DNA of 32,000 bases from Ignicoccus hospitalis KIN4/I (lineage in GTDB: Archaea > Thermoproteota > Thermoprotei_A > Sulfolobales > Ignicoccaceae), in the NCBI RefSeq assembly GCF_000017945.1, contig NC_009776.1, forward strand, positions 390,001-422,000, given 5' to 3'. Below are positions 1-8,863 of the stretch, in pieces. Position 1 is the stretch's first letter; the number at the start of each line of letters is the position of its first letter. The position numbers and the translations under genes were made by a program. The notes below the pieces were generated by a model. That model made no database searches and was not told the DNA's origin. It saw nothing but the letters and a program-made list of their open reading frames with translations.

Positions 1-6
1 AGGTTT

Positions 7-714
7 TTGGAGGGGGAGCGCGGCTTGATAGAGAGGCTCTCGGCTATCGCCTTGCTGCTCCTCACCGCCCACGCGCTGTGGGTCCACGCGTCCGCGGGGG
101 AGGTGGAGCCCTTAGAGGTGGTCGCGCTGGAGGCCTTGTGGGCGCCCGTACTCCTCCGGGCCCCGTGCGACAAGAGGGCGCTGTTGGTGGTGTTCGCTGG
201 CTTCAGCGGCTACTTCTTGCCGAGGCTGATCCCTTACGACGCGTTCTTGAAGCTCGCGATAACAGACGTGATCTTCAATAACTACGTCCTAAGGCCTTTG
301 GGCGTCGAAATGAAGGTTACTAACGGGGAAATTGTGATATTCTACGACCAGAGGCCCTACGCCGTGTACGCGGTGGGGTGCTCCTCCCTCCGCTCCGGCG
401 CCTTCTTGGCGCTCATGCCCCTAGCGGCCAGGGGGAGCTTGGGGAGGAGGCTCTTGGCCGCGGCTCTGGGCTACTTACTGAGCTACCCCTTCAACGCCCT
501 GAGGGTGGCGGCCATAGTGGTGGCCGGCGAGGCCTTGGGGGCTGACCCCTTCTTGGCCCACTTGTTAGTGAGCCCCTTGGCCTCCGTGCTAATAGCTACC
601 CTAATCATGGTGGTTCAAGAGCTCGTCTTACCGGGCTACTTGGAGGAGGTCTCGGAGGGGGTGGAGTGCTTGCTCAAGCTGGCCAAGCCTTGGTGGCGGA
701 GTAGGAGTACCTAA
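7..714 (+). CDS. archaeosortase/exosortase-family integral membrane protein (start uncertain, may extend left of window)
   Basis: Multi-pass hydrophobic ORF with a spaced Cys/Arg/His signature typical of the exosortase-archaeosortase family (VGCSSLRSG ... FNALRVAAIVV ... AHLLVSP). The TTG start sits at the window edge. Confidence 0.6.
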   Translation: MEGERGLIERLSAIALLLLTAHALWVHASAGEVEPLEVVALEALWAPVLLRAPCDKRALLVVFAGFSGYFLPRLIPYDAFLKLAITDVIFNNYVLRPLGVEMKVTNGEIVIFYDQRPYAVYAVGCSSLRSGAFLALMPLAARGSLGRRLLAAALGYLLSYPFNALRVAAIVVAGEALGADPFLAHLLVSPLASVLIATLIMVVQELVLPGYLEEVSEGVECLLKLAKPWWRSRST

Positions 715-1771
715 TTCCGAGCCCGACCACTATGCCTATCAAGTTCGAGATCAAGTAGTGCACCCCCGCGTAGGTCAAGCCTAGGAGGAAGGCGAGCTGC
801 GCCGCTGCGCCCAAGACGCTGGCCGCCTCGTAGTGGAGGAACCTCTTCACGACGGATCCCTTCCTCCTGTCCTTGAACGTCACCCTCTCGTGCAACAAGA
901 AGTTGTAAACCACGGAGGCCTCGAAGCCCGCGAGGCCCGCAGCGGCCAAGCCTAAGGCGCCCAGGGACTTGGCGCCCAAGAGCTCGTAGACCGCGTAGAG
1001 CGCGCCCTCGTTCACCACTATCCCGCTCGCGCCCACGGCGGCGAACGTTAGCATCCTATTGAGCTCGCCGGTCTCCTTCGCCAGCTTCATCAAGTGTATC
1101 AAGTATTCGAGCATAACCCTCCCCCCGAGCTTGGACTCGCCTGCCAACCTCTTGCCGAAGACGTAGGGGACCTCGCAGACCTTCTCGAAGCTCCCCTTCG
1201 CGAGCAGCTCTAGGAGTATCTTGTACCCGAGGGGGTTGAGGGGGAGCTTGGCCCTCTCCACAACTTCCCTCTTGAGCGCGAAGAACCCACTCATGGGGTC
1301 GGTGGTGTACTTAGTGGCCGGCACTAACAGCTTCGCCAAGATGGTAGCGCCCTTACTTATGACCTTCCTAACGAAGTTCCACTCCTCTATCCTGCCCTCC
1401 TTCGAGTACCTAGAGGCTATCACTAAGTCGCAGTCCTCCTTCAGCCTCTTCACGAGCTCGGGCACCACCTCCGGGGGGTGCTGTAGGTCCGCGTCCATGA
1501 CTACGAAGTACTTCCCCTCCGCCACCTCGAAGCCCTTCATTACCGCGCTCGCCAGCCCCCTCTCGTCCTTCCTAACGACAACCTTTACCTTTCCGTGCTC
1601 CAGCTTCAAGTTCCTAGCGACCTCGGCCGTGCCGTCCGGAGAGTTGTCGTCAACCACGACGAGCTCATAGCTTATCCCGGCCTTACCCATGGCCTTGTCC
1701 AACCTCTTCGCCAATACTGGCAAGTTCTCCCTCTCGTTGTACGTCGGCACAATTACCGAGACGTCCACCAA
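674..1771 (-). CDS. GT2 glycosyltransferase, dolichyl-phosphate mannose/glucose synthase-like, with C-terminal GtrA-like membrane domain
   Basis: N-terminus VSVIVPTYNERENL ... VVVDDNSPDGT ... MDADLQHPP is the classic GT-A/DPM1-like pattern. The last ~120 aa are hydrophobic and GtrA-like. Confidence 0.85.
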   Translation of the reverse strand: MVDVSVIVPTYNERENLPVLAKRLDKAMGKAGISYELVVVDDNSPDGTAEVARNLKLEHGKVKVVVRKDERGLASAVMKGFEVAEGKYFVVMDADLQHPPEVVPELVKRLKEDCDLVIASRYSKEGRIEEWNFVRKVISKGATILAKLLVPATKYTTDPMSGFFALKREVVERAKLPLNPLGYKILLELLAKGSFEKVCEVPYVFGKRLAGESKLGGRVMLEYLIHLMKLAKETGELNRMLTFAAVGASGIVVNEGALYAVYELLGAKSLGALGLAAAGLAGFEASVVYNFLLHERVTFKDRRKGSVVKRFLHYEAASVLGAAAQLAFLLGLTYAGVHYLISNLIGIVVGLGIRYSYSATKAWPA

Positions 1772-1777
1772 CCCCGG

Positions 1778-2707
1778 TCATCCGAGCACCGAGAAGAGGC
1801 CGTGCCTTAAGTTCCTGTACAGCGACAAGGCCCACACGACCACGGCCGTAACGCTCTCGTAGGCCAAGTTAGAGTCGTAGAACACCGGCCACCCCCCGTC
1901 GCTCAGCTGGGCCTCCAACAGAGTTAGGACGGACTTCTCCACGGCCTCCCTAACTATCGGGTTCTTGAGGCCCGCGGCCGCCAGGAGGCCCAGAACCCCC
2001 CAGCCGGTGGCCCAAGGGCTCTCGCCTATCTTGTCGTCCTTGAAGTGCGCTAACAAGAAGCTGACGGCGTTCTGAACTTCTATCCCCCTGTAGCCGTAGA
2101 GGCTCAAGAATAGGGCCACCCTGGCGGTACAGTCCAAGCAGTTGTTGTCCCAAGAGCCGTTCAAGCTTTGCCTCTTCTCAAACCACCTCCTCATCCTTAC
2201 GTAGTAGTGCATGGGGGACCTAAATATCTCGTCCACGTACTTCCTCCCCGCGTAGAACATGGAATATAACACTTCCGCCGAGGCCCACTCGCTCAGCCCA
2301 CCTCCGGGGTTGGCCTCCCAGCCCCCACAAGGCATCTCCCCCATGGCCAGCGCGTGAACGGCCGAGGCCACGGACTTCTCGTAGTACTTCAACGTCTCGT
2401 CGTCCGAGCCGACCAAGAAGCCCAACAGCGCCCTGGCGGTGCCGTAGAAGGAGCCCGGCTCGGTGGGGGAGGTCCACTGCAAGAAGCCGTCCTTCCTCTG
2501 CCTCTCTATTATGAACTTCACCGCTTGCCTTATGCTCACGTCGTCCGAGCTCAGCCCGGCCTCCCTCAAGGCCACTATTACCAACCCGGTCAAGCCGGTC
2601 TGGGAGGAGTCGCAAGCCCCCCAGCCGCCGCACTCCAGCTGTCTGGTCTTAAGCCACGTCACGCCCCGCTGTATGGCGCCTTCCAACTCATCGATGGTGA
2701 GAGCCAA
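1778..2707 (-). CDS. prenyltransferase/squalene-cyclase-repeat (alpha-alpha toroid) protein
   Basis: Repeated Q-x-x-x-G-G-W type motifs (QLECGGWG, QRKDGF, MPCGGWEA, QSLNGSWD, QLSDGGWP). The track ORF runs to 2866, which would overlap the divergent purP start. An in-frame TTG at 2707 with an AT-rich box about 35 nt upstream is the more plausible start. Confidence 0.65.
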   Translation of the reverse strand: MALTIDELEGAIQRGVTWLKTRQLECGGWGACDSSQTGLTGLVIVALREAGLSSDDVSIRQAVKFIIERQRKDGFLQWTSPTEPGSFYGTARALLGFLVGSDDETLKYYEKSVASAVHALAMGEMPCGGWEANPGGGLSEWASAEVLYSMFYAGRKYVDEIFRSPMHYYVRMRRWFEKRQSLNGSWDNNCLDCTARVALFLSLYGYRGIEVQNAVSFLLAHFKDDKIGESPWATGWGVLGLLAAAGLKNPIVREAVEKSVLTLLEAQLSDGGWPVFYDSNLAYESVTAVVVWALSLYRNLRHGLFSVLG

Positions 2708-2768
2708 CTCGCTCAGCCGAGCGCTTCTAAAGCGGGGCGGTTTATCACTTAAAACAGAGTGAGACGCT

Positions 2769-3812
2769 TTGAGAGTAACCGATGTCTTGAAGGAATACGA
2801 CCTATCTAAGCTCACCGTAGCCACCGTCGCAAGCCACTCGGCCTTGCAGATAGTCCACGGCGCCAAGAAGGAGGGCTTGAGGACGCTTTTGATAGTTAAG
2901 AAGGATAGGTACGAGTTCTACTCCAGCTTCTCACACTTGGTTGATTCCTTCATAATAGTTGAGAGCTGGAAGGAGGTGTTGAACGAGGACGTGGTAAACG
3001 AGTTGTTGGCGTCCAACGCAGTGTTGGTGCCCCACGGGAGCTTCGTGGAGTACGTCGGGGCCCAAGGCCTCTTGGACTACCCGGTGCCGATCTTCGGCTC
3101 GAGGAAAATACTCCTCTGGGAGTCGGACCAGAAGAAGAAGATGGAGCTGTTGAGGAGGGCCGGGATAAAGGTGCCGAGGGAGTACCGAAGCCCCGACGAG
3201 GTCGACGGGCTGGTCATAGTCAAGCTCGGAGGGGCCAAGGGAGGCAAGGGCTACTTCTTGGCCAAGACGCCGGAGGAAGTTAGGAGGGGCTTGGAGGCCT
3301 TGGGCAACCCCAGCAACTACATAATTCAAGAGTACGTGATAGGGGTGCCGGCTTACTACCACTTCTTCTACTCCCCCATTTATAACAGGCTGGAGATAAC
3401 CGGGATGGACATAAGGTACGAGAGCAACGTCGACGGGCTGCGCAGGCTCCCGCCGGAGCTGGCCTCCGGCATAAGGCCGTCCTTCACCGTAGTGGGCAAC
3501 ATACCCGTGGTTCTGAGGGAGAGCTTGCTAATTGACGTGTACAAGTACGGGAAGAGTTTCGTGAGGACGACCGAGGAGCTCTTGGGGGAGGAGCTGGTGG
3601 GCCCCTTCTGCCTCGAATCGATAATAACTGAGGAGGGCGAGGTGGTGGTGTTCGAGTTCTCCGGGAGGATAGTGGCCGGCACGAACTTGTACGTGAACGG
3701 CAGCCCCTACTCCTACTTGTACTGGGACGAGCCCATGAGCGCCGGGAGGAGGGTGGCGCGGGAGATAAGGAAGGCGAGGGACTCCGGGAGGCTGGAGGAA
3801 GTGTTGAGATGA
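2769..3812 (+). CDS. purP: 5-formaminoimidazole-4-carboxamide ribonucleotide (FAICAR) synthetase, archaeal PurP
   Basis: N-terminal ATVASHSALQIVHGAKKEG motif, an ATP-grasp-like core and ~347 aa length all match archaeal PurP. TTG start. Confidence 0.88.
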   Translation: MRVTDVLKEYDLSKLTVATVASHSALQIVHGAKKEGLRTLLIVKKDRYEFYSSFSHLVDSFIIVESWKEVLNEDVVNELLASNAVLVPHGSFVEYVGAQGLLDYPVPIFGSRKILLWESDQKKKMELLRRAGIKVPREYRSPDEVDGLVIVKLGGAKGGKGYFLAKTPEEVRRGLEALGNPSNYIIQEYVIGVPAYYHFFYSPIYNRLEITGMDIRYESNVDGLRRLPPELASGIRPSFTVVGNIPVVLRESLLIDVYKYGKSFVRTTEELLGEELVGPFCLESIITEEGEVVVFEFSGRIVAGTNLYVNGSPYSYLYWDEPMSAGRRVAREIRKARDSGRLEEVLR

Positions 3813-3909
3813 GGTGTTTTCGGGGTGCCCGAGGGGCTCCGATGAGGAAGCGGTTACCCCACCGAGGCCTTTTGGGGGAGGCCCGGGGCTCGGGGGTAGG
3901 AAGGGAGCC

Positions 3910-4365
3910 TTGGACTGCCTCGCTTGCGTCGCCTTGTCGGCCTTGCCGGCCGTGGAGGTTCGCGGCTCCGTCCCTTGCTTGGCGCTCGCCGGCTGCGGGG
4001 CCCACTACGCGGCCTTGAGCTACTTGCTCAGCTCCTCCACCGGGGCCCTCGTTTATCTATTGTTGGAGAAGCTGTTCCCGTTGGTGGAGGAGTTCTTGAA
4101 GGGGAGGTGGGAGCTCGGGGCCAAACTATTGGAGAAGGTCGTGGAGAGGACCAAAAAGAAGGCGAGCAAGAAGGTAGAGGAGATGGGTACGTTGGGGTTG
4201 GCCGCGTTCGTAGCGCTCCCCGTGCCGGGGACCGGGGTGTGGACCGGGGCCCTCGCGGGCTACCTCTTGGGGCTGAAAAGGAGGGACGTGGTGCTGGCGC
4301 TCTTCGCGGGAAACGCGGTAACTACCGCGATAATGAGCTTGAGCTACTTGCTTCAGTCGCCGTAA
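3910..4365 (+). CDS. small multidrug-export-like membrane protein (COG2426-like)
   Basis: LPAVEVRGSVP near the N-terminus and C-terminal ALPVPGTGVWTGALAGYLLGL are characteristic of this family. The track ORF begins at 3814, but its first ~30 aa are low-complexity, so the in-frame TTG at 3910 is preferred. Confidence 0.55.
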   Translation: MDCLACVALSALPAVEVRGSVPCLALAGCGAHYAALSYLLSSSTGALVYLLLEKLFPLVEEFLKGRWELGAKLLEKVVERTKKKASKKVEEMGTLGLAAFVALPVPGTGVWTGALAGYLLGLKRRDVVLALFAGNAVTTAIMSLSYLLQSP

Positions 4366-4742
4366 ATGGACTCCAGTATTTTACCCGCTATCCTGACCAC
4401 GTCTATGGTGGTTATTACAGCGTACGGCTCCTCGTTTTCGTTCAAGACCACCAGCTCCTCCTCCTTGTACTTGTTGAACAGCTTTATGGCGTCGATGACG
4501 TCTGCGTCGTAGCTGACGAAGGAGGGCTCGGTGTTGACATAATCTTCAATGACGTCGTGACAGTTGTTCTCAGACGCCGCGGAGACGAGCTCCCTCCTAC
4601 AGAATATCCCCACGAACTCCCCGTCCACGGTCTTCACCATTACACAAGGCACCTCTGACTCCTCCATGAGCCTCGCCGCCTCGTAGACCTTAGTGGCCGG
4701 CGTGACCCAAGGGGCCTCCCGGGCGACCTCAGCTACCTTCAA
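4353..4742 (-). CDS. CBS-domain pair protein
   Basis: 129 aa with two CBS-like repeats (VTPATKVYEAARLMEE..VPCVMV and VSYDADVIDAIKLFNKYKEEELVVLN). Confidence 0.8.
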   Translation of the reverse strand: MKVAEVAREAPWVTPATKVYEAARLMEESEVPCVMVKTVDGEFVGIFCRRELVSAASENNCHDVIEDYVNTEPSFVSYDADVIDAIKLFNKYKEEELVVLNENEEPYAVITTIDVVRIAGKILESIYGD

Positions 4743-4829
4743 GACGCGTTCCCGCGGGGCGGCTCGCCGGTCCCCTTTTTGAAGGGGAGAGACTAAAGGG
4801 AAGGGCTCAGACCCTCCCTAGGGAGGGGC

Positions 4830-5789
4830 TTGCCCAAAGTAAAGTTCAAGGTAGCCCGGTACGACCCCGCCACTAAGGCATCTTGGTGGCAAGAGTACGA
4901 GGTGGAGGTGGACAAGTACACCTCCGTAGCGGTCGCCTTGCAAAGGGTTAGGGAGGAGAAGGACCCCACCCTAGCTTACAGGCCGCTGTGCAAGATGGGC
5001 GTCTGCGGGAACTGCGCGGTCAAGATAAACGGGAGGCCCGCGCTGGCTTGCTTGACCAACGCCCTGGAGGCCGCAGAAGAGGGGAACGGGACTATAGTGG
5101 TCGAGCCCTTGGACAACATGCCGGTCGTGAGGGACCTAATAGTAGACAGGTCGGACTTCGAGAGGAGGATGTTCTCCGTCAAGCCCTACCTAGTTCCTAA
5201 GGAGGAGGTCCTCAAGTCCGACAAGTGGTACCCCATGCTCCCGGCGGTGCAGATGGACTTGTGGAGCTCCGCCCAGTGCGTCTGGTGCGGGGTGTGCTAC
5301 AGCGTCTGCCCGGTAGCCAAGGTCAACGAGGAGTTCGCCGGGCCCCACGCGCTGGTCAAGGTGTACCGCTTCGCCTACGACCCCAGGGACGCCCTCGGGA
5401 GGGAGAGGGTGTACCTCAACGAGAAGAGCTTGTGGATGTGTGTGGCGTGCAAGAACTGCGGGACTTCGTGTCCAAAGAACTTGAAGCACGGGCTTAGGTT
5501 CAAACGCATGAGGAACGACGACGTCAAGTCGCCGAGGAGCGAGTACGCGGAGAAAGCGGTAAAGCACGTGATCGCTACCATAGCGAGCATAGCGAAGTAC
5601 GGGAGGGCGGACGAGGTGGAGATCTTCACCTCCACCGGCCTGACCGAGGCGGTCGCGGACGCCTTGCCGAGGCTGGCCAGAGGGGGATGGAAGAGGAGGC
5701 CCTACAAGCCCAAGCCCGGGGAGGCGGACCGCCGGGCAGTGGAGGCCTTCCGCGCGGCCGTGAGTGGGCTTTTAAAGGCGCGGGTCTAG
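4830..5789 (+). CDS. succinate dehydrogenase/fumarate reductase iron-sulfur subunit-like protein with C-terminal extension
   Basis: A 2Fe-2S motif (CKMGVCGNCAVKINGRPALAC) is followed by two CxxCxxCxxxCP motifs (CVWCGVCYSVCP, CVACKNCGTSCP). No flavoprotein subunit lies next to it. Confidence 0.8.
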   Translation: MPKVKFKVARYDPATKASWWQEYEVEVDKYTSVAVALQRVREEKDPTLAYRPLCKMGVCGNCAVKINGRPALACLTNALEAAEEGNGTIVVEPLDNMPVVRDLIVDRSDFERRMFSVKPYLVPKEEVLKSDKWYPMLPAVQMDLWSSAQCVWCGVCYSVCPVAKVNEEFAGPHALVKVYRFAYDPRDALGRERVYLNEKSLWMCVACKNCGTSCPKNLKHGLRFKRMRNDDVKSPRSEYAEKAVKHVIATIASIAKYGRADEVEIFTSTGLTEAVADALPRLARGGWKRRPYKPKPGEADRRAVEAFRAAVSGLLKARV

Positions 5790-5850
5790 GTAAGACCCGC
5801 AAACTCCCCTTATATCTCTTTCATCGGCCTACCCCTCCGACGGGCGGAAG

Positions 5851-6249
5851 ATGAAGTTCGTAGCTCGCGTTTACCCCGAGAGGAACGAAGTGGTCGTAGT
5901 GAAGGAGAACGGGGAAGTTAGGTCCGTGAACTTGGACCTCTGGAGGAAGTACTTGAACAAGTGTCACACCAACGGGGCAGTGTACCTCTGCAATAAGGCC
6001 GCTATGGTCAGCAAGGGCAACTTGTTCGTGGGGGTGGTTACGGACTCCCAGCCCCTCCCGGAGGACGTGGCGGAGCTGGAGCCGGTCATGAAGGAGTTGG
6101 GCATTCCGGAGTTCTTGTTGGAGGACTTGGTCTCAATGATGTACTTGAGGGACGCTATGTTCGATCTGTCTTGCGTAGGCTGCGAATCCGTGACAACAGT
6201 TCCGGCAGCCTACGTGGCTCCGCAACGAACAAGTGAGTTAAGTGCTTAG
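5851..6249 (+). CDS. hypothetical protein
   Basis: ATG ORF with a TTATAT box at 5811-5816, about 35 nt upstream. No recognisable motifs. The 3' end overlaps the convergent DUF123 gene by 95 nt. Confidence 0.4.
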   Translation: MKFVARVYPERNEVVVVKENGEVRSVNLDLWRKYLNKCHTNGAVYLCNKAAMVSKGNLFVGVVTDSQPLPEDVAELEPVMKELGIPEFLLEDLVSMMYLRDAMFDLSCVGCESVTTVPAAYVAPQRTSELSA

Positions 6250-6553
6250 TGTCGGTCGAGCCGAACCCCTTTACGGCGGGCCTTAGGACCTTCGCTACTA
6301 CGGAGTACAGCTCCTCCTCGGTCAGCCCGGGGAACAAGAAGGCTATCAAGGGCTTGCCCTTCATAGTTAGGTAGTCCACGTGCCACCTCGGTTTGGAGAA
6401 GCCCTTGGTCAAGTGCCTCCTTACCCTCGCGAACAAGCCTCCCGGGCCCCAGGCGGAGCCCACGTAAGCGTAAAGCCCCGGCCCCAGGCCCCACCTCTCC
6501 AGCCCCTCCTCGAGCTCCACTACCAACAAGTAAGCCCCCTTCGAAACCTCCAC
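6155..6553 (-). CDS. DUF123 / GIY-YIG (Uri) superfamily nuclease-like protein
   Basis: YAYVGSAWGPGGLFARVRRHL ... RWHVDYL matches the DUF123 GIY-YIG-like signature. Confidence 0.7.
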   Translation of the reverse strand: MEVSKGAYLLVVELEEGLERWGLGPGLYAYVGSAWGPGGLFARVRRHLTKGFSKPRWHVDYLTMKGKPLIAFLFPGLTEEELYSVVAKVLRPAVKGFGSTDTKHLTHLFVAEPRRLPELLSRIRSLRKTDRT

Positions 6554-6617
6554 GGGCCCCTCTGGGCAGAGACTAATTTACCCATAAATACACAACCTTC
6601 CGTTGAGGGATGCTTAA

Positions 6618-7169
6618 TTGGTGAATTTGGTCATAACGAATTCTTACGAGTACAGCGGGGATTGGATAAGGGGGTTCGCGCCGCTCTCCTTCACGACCCC
6701 CTACTTCTTCGACGAGACCACTAGATATTATGTGTTTGCGAAGGACTTTCCCAAGGTCGGCAGGGGGAGGTTGCCCCACCCGTTGGTGGGCGGGATTAAG
6801 GAGAGCGTGGCTAAGGAACTTCACTTAGAGTTTAAGGATTTCGTGGTTTACCCGGGCATCCCCGTCCGGGAGGCGGTAATTTCCACCGGAAAGGTATACA
6901 AGATCTGCACCGACTGCCCCCCGTGGGGGAACATAATATCCTTCATGTTAAAGGATGCTAAAAGAATAACGGTATTTCCGAAGCAAGGGTCGGTGAGCGC
7001 CTTGGCCGTGGCCCCGCTCCCCCAAGGGGGGATAGAGGTCATACTGAAGGTCTCCGCCAAGTCAGTGTTCTACTTGCTTTACCACGACGGCATAGAGGGG
7101 GAGGCCTTCATGGTCTCGTGGGAGGGCTTCGGGCTGACGGGGAGGATGGAGGTCCAAGCGTTAGGCTAG
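6618..7169 (+). CDS. hypothetical protein
   Basis: 183-aa ORF with normal amino-acid composition and an AT-rich box (ATAAATA) upstream. No confident family assignment. Confidence 0.5.
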   Translation: MVNLVITNSYEYSGDWIRGFAPLSFTTPYFFDETTRYYVFAKDFPKVGRGRLPHPLVGGIKESVAKELHLEFKDFVVYPGIPVREAVISTGKVYKICTDCPPWGNIISFMLKDAKRITVFPKQGSVSALAVAPLPQGGIEVILKVSAKSVFYLLYHDGIEGEAFMVSWEGFGLTGRMEVQALG

Positions 7170-7906
7170 AGCTTTATCTTCGTCCCCTCCAAGAGCTCCA
7201 TCAAGTGCTCCACCCTTTCCGTCTTAGGGATCGGTATGACCACCGGGGAGCGCGAGAGGAGCCAAGCTATTACTATTGCCGCCGGGGGCGCGCCCAGCTC
7301 CTCCGCCTTCCTCCTCACCCAGTCCAGCTCCAGCGCCCTCCCCCTGTCCAAAGGGGTGTGGGCTTGCAACGCTATGCCCTTCTCCTCCAACGTGGGGAAG
7401 AGCTCCTCCGTGGCGGTGAAGGTGGGGCTGTACTTGTTCTGGACCGCAACTATTTCGTGCTTCTTGGTCGCGTGGAGGGCCACCTCCAGCTGTTCCTTCG
7501 TAACGTTGGAGACGCCTATCATCCTCGTGAGCCCCTTGTCAACCATCTTCTCCAGCTCCCTCACCTCGGTGGCTATGTCCTCCGGCCAGTGGACCAAGGT
7601 TAGGTCGGGCACCTTCCCGAGCCTCTCCACTTGCCTCCTGAGGGCCCTCTCGCAGTCGTGCCTCACGTTCCACGGGTAGAGCTTGGTGGTCACGAATATT
7701 TCCTTGCTACCGTAAATTTCCATAGCTTCCCTCACGAGGGGCTCGGTCCTATACATCTCCGCCGTGTCCACCAAGTTTATTCCCATTTCGAATGCCTTAA
7801 CCAAGGTTTCTACGAAGGACTTGGGGTCCCTAACCGCCCAAGACCCCAGACCTATGTCCGAGACCGCCTCGCCCCCTATCCTGCGCAACTCTGCCGCCTC
7901 TCTCAC
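7166..7906 (-). CDS. aldo/keto reductase
   Basis: IGLGSW near the N-terminus, NLVDTAEMY, LVHWP, GVSN and a C-terminal IPIPKT-type motif are typical of AKRs. Confidence 0.85.
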   Translation of the reverse strand: MREAAELRRIGGEAVSDIGLGSWAVRDPKSFVETLVKAFEMGINLVDTAEMYRTEPLVREAMEIYGSKEIFVTTKLYPWNVRHDCERALRRQVERLGKVPDLTLVHWPEDIATEVRELEKMVDKGLTRMIGVSNVTKEQLEVALHATKKHEIVAVQNKYSPTFTATEELFPTLEEKGIALQAHTPLDRGRALELDWVRRKAEELGAPPAAIVIAWLLSRSPVVIPIPKTERVEHLMELLEGTKIKL

Positions 7907-8430
7907 TTGTACGGCTTGACCTTAAACACTTGAGAGGGCCTATGGACACTCACGCCGGCGAACTGGGAACCCCTCAAGGGCAAGCTCTTTACGTAAACGA
8001 CCCAGTCGTAGCCCTCCAGTTTTACCGGCCTCTTCACTACGGAGGCTATCCTCCTTATCGCTTCTTCCCTATCCAGCTCCTCCCACTGGTCCCCGCGGAG
8101 CTCGAAAAGCGGGCCCTCCAAAGTCACCCGGAAAGTTTCCCCCTCCGGGATCTTCTGAGCCGCCTTGCTCACTGCCTTAACCACGTCCTCTATGTCGGCG
8201 GGCACGGAGAAGTCGTAGGGGACGGCCTTCAGCAGGACGGTGTAGCGGGGGTCCACCAGCTCCTTCAGCCTCTCCACGGCCTCGAAGGGGTCTCCCTTGT
8301 ACTTTATTATTAAGTAGCTGGGCTGCTTCCTCACTACGTAGAAGTCCTTCCCCCAGTAGCTCCTCAGCTCGGCCTCCGCCTTGTGCTCCCGGCCCCTCCA
8401 GCACGCCACGGTGACGTTGAACTCGCTCAA
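7903..8430 (-). CDS. THUMP-domain-like RNA-binding protein
   Basis: ~175 aa with an N-terminal ferredoxin-like segment followed by a THUMP-like segment. The 4-nt overlap with the downstream AKR gene suggests an operon. The assignment comes from overall pattern only. Confidence 0.5.
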   Translation of the reverse strand: MSEFNVTVACWRGREHKAEAELRSYWGKDFYVVRKQPSYLIIKYKGDPFEAVERLKELVDPRYTVLLKAVPYDFSVPADIEDVVKAVSKAAQKIPEGETFRVTLEGPLFELRGDQWEELDREEAIRRIASVVKRPVKLEGYDWVVYVKSLPLRGSQFAGVSVHRPSQVFKVKPYK

Positions 8431-8824
8431 GCCCGAGATACCCCGGGAGCCCGCACAAAGGGTCCCTTTAGTAGGGGCCCGCCGGGTACCGGAGTTGTTG
8501 GAGCTGTTGTGCGCGCTCCTCTCTTCCTTGGCCTTCGCGTTCTCTTACCTAGCTTGGAGCTCTTCCGGGAGCTGCGAAGCCCTCCTCCGGGGGATAAGGG
8601 CCGTTTACAAGAAGTTGGAAGATCTGGAGGAGAAGGAGAAGTGTTTGAAGGCCAACGCGGTCTTGAGCTTGGTGGAGGCCGCCAGGCTCTTGGCAGAAGA
8701 CGCGAGGAGGCTCTACGAGAAGACCGGCGACGCGGAGTTCTTGAACGTCGCCACCAAGTGGGAGGAGTTCGTGAGGACCAACGAGGCGGCGGTCAAGAAG
8801 GCCTTGGGTTACGCCTCAAAATAG
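8381..8824 (+). CDS. hypothetical helical protein (start uncertain)
   Basis: The C-terminal ~90 aa have a plausible helical composition. The track start overlaps the divergent THUMP gene, so the real start is probably further downstream. Confidence 0.35.
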   Translation: MCSRPLQHATVTLNSLKPEIPREPAQRVPLVGARRVPELLELLCALLSSLAFAFSYLAWSSSGSCEALLRGIRAVYKKLEDLEEKEKCLKANAVLSLVEAARLLAEDARRLYEKTGDAEFLNVATKWEEFVRTNEAAVKKALGYASK

Positions 8825-8826
8825 CA

Positions 8827-8833
8827 TTATAAA
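8827..8833 (+). promoter_or_regulatory. TATA-box-like element upstream of the P1 stalk protein gene
   Basis: TTATAAA lies about 31-37 nt upstream of the ATG at 8864, which is archaeal short-leader geometry. Confidence 0.5.
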
Positions 8834-8863
8834 CTGGAAGCCCCTTGCGCTCCCGGTGAGCGT

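Noticed and set aside
3484-4658. Long ORFs 3484..4005 (-) and 3924..4658 (+), rich in Pro/Arg/Gly/Ser
   Set aside because: Their low-complexity composition is typical of off-frame or antisense reading in GC-rich DNA. They overlap the well-supported purP, COG2426-like and CBS genes.
6618-7169. Possibility that the 183-aa orphan is the missing Cas6 or another RAMP (FTTPYFF and C-terminal EGFGLTGRMEV)
   Set aside because: The resemblance is limited to two short patches. The protein is too short for a two-RRM Cas6. The Gly-rich patch is at the extreme C-terminus and in the wrong order for the G-h-G-x5-G-h-G loop. The gene is also 9 kb from the cas genes.
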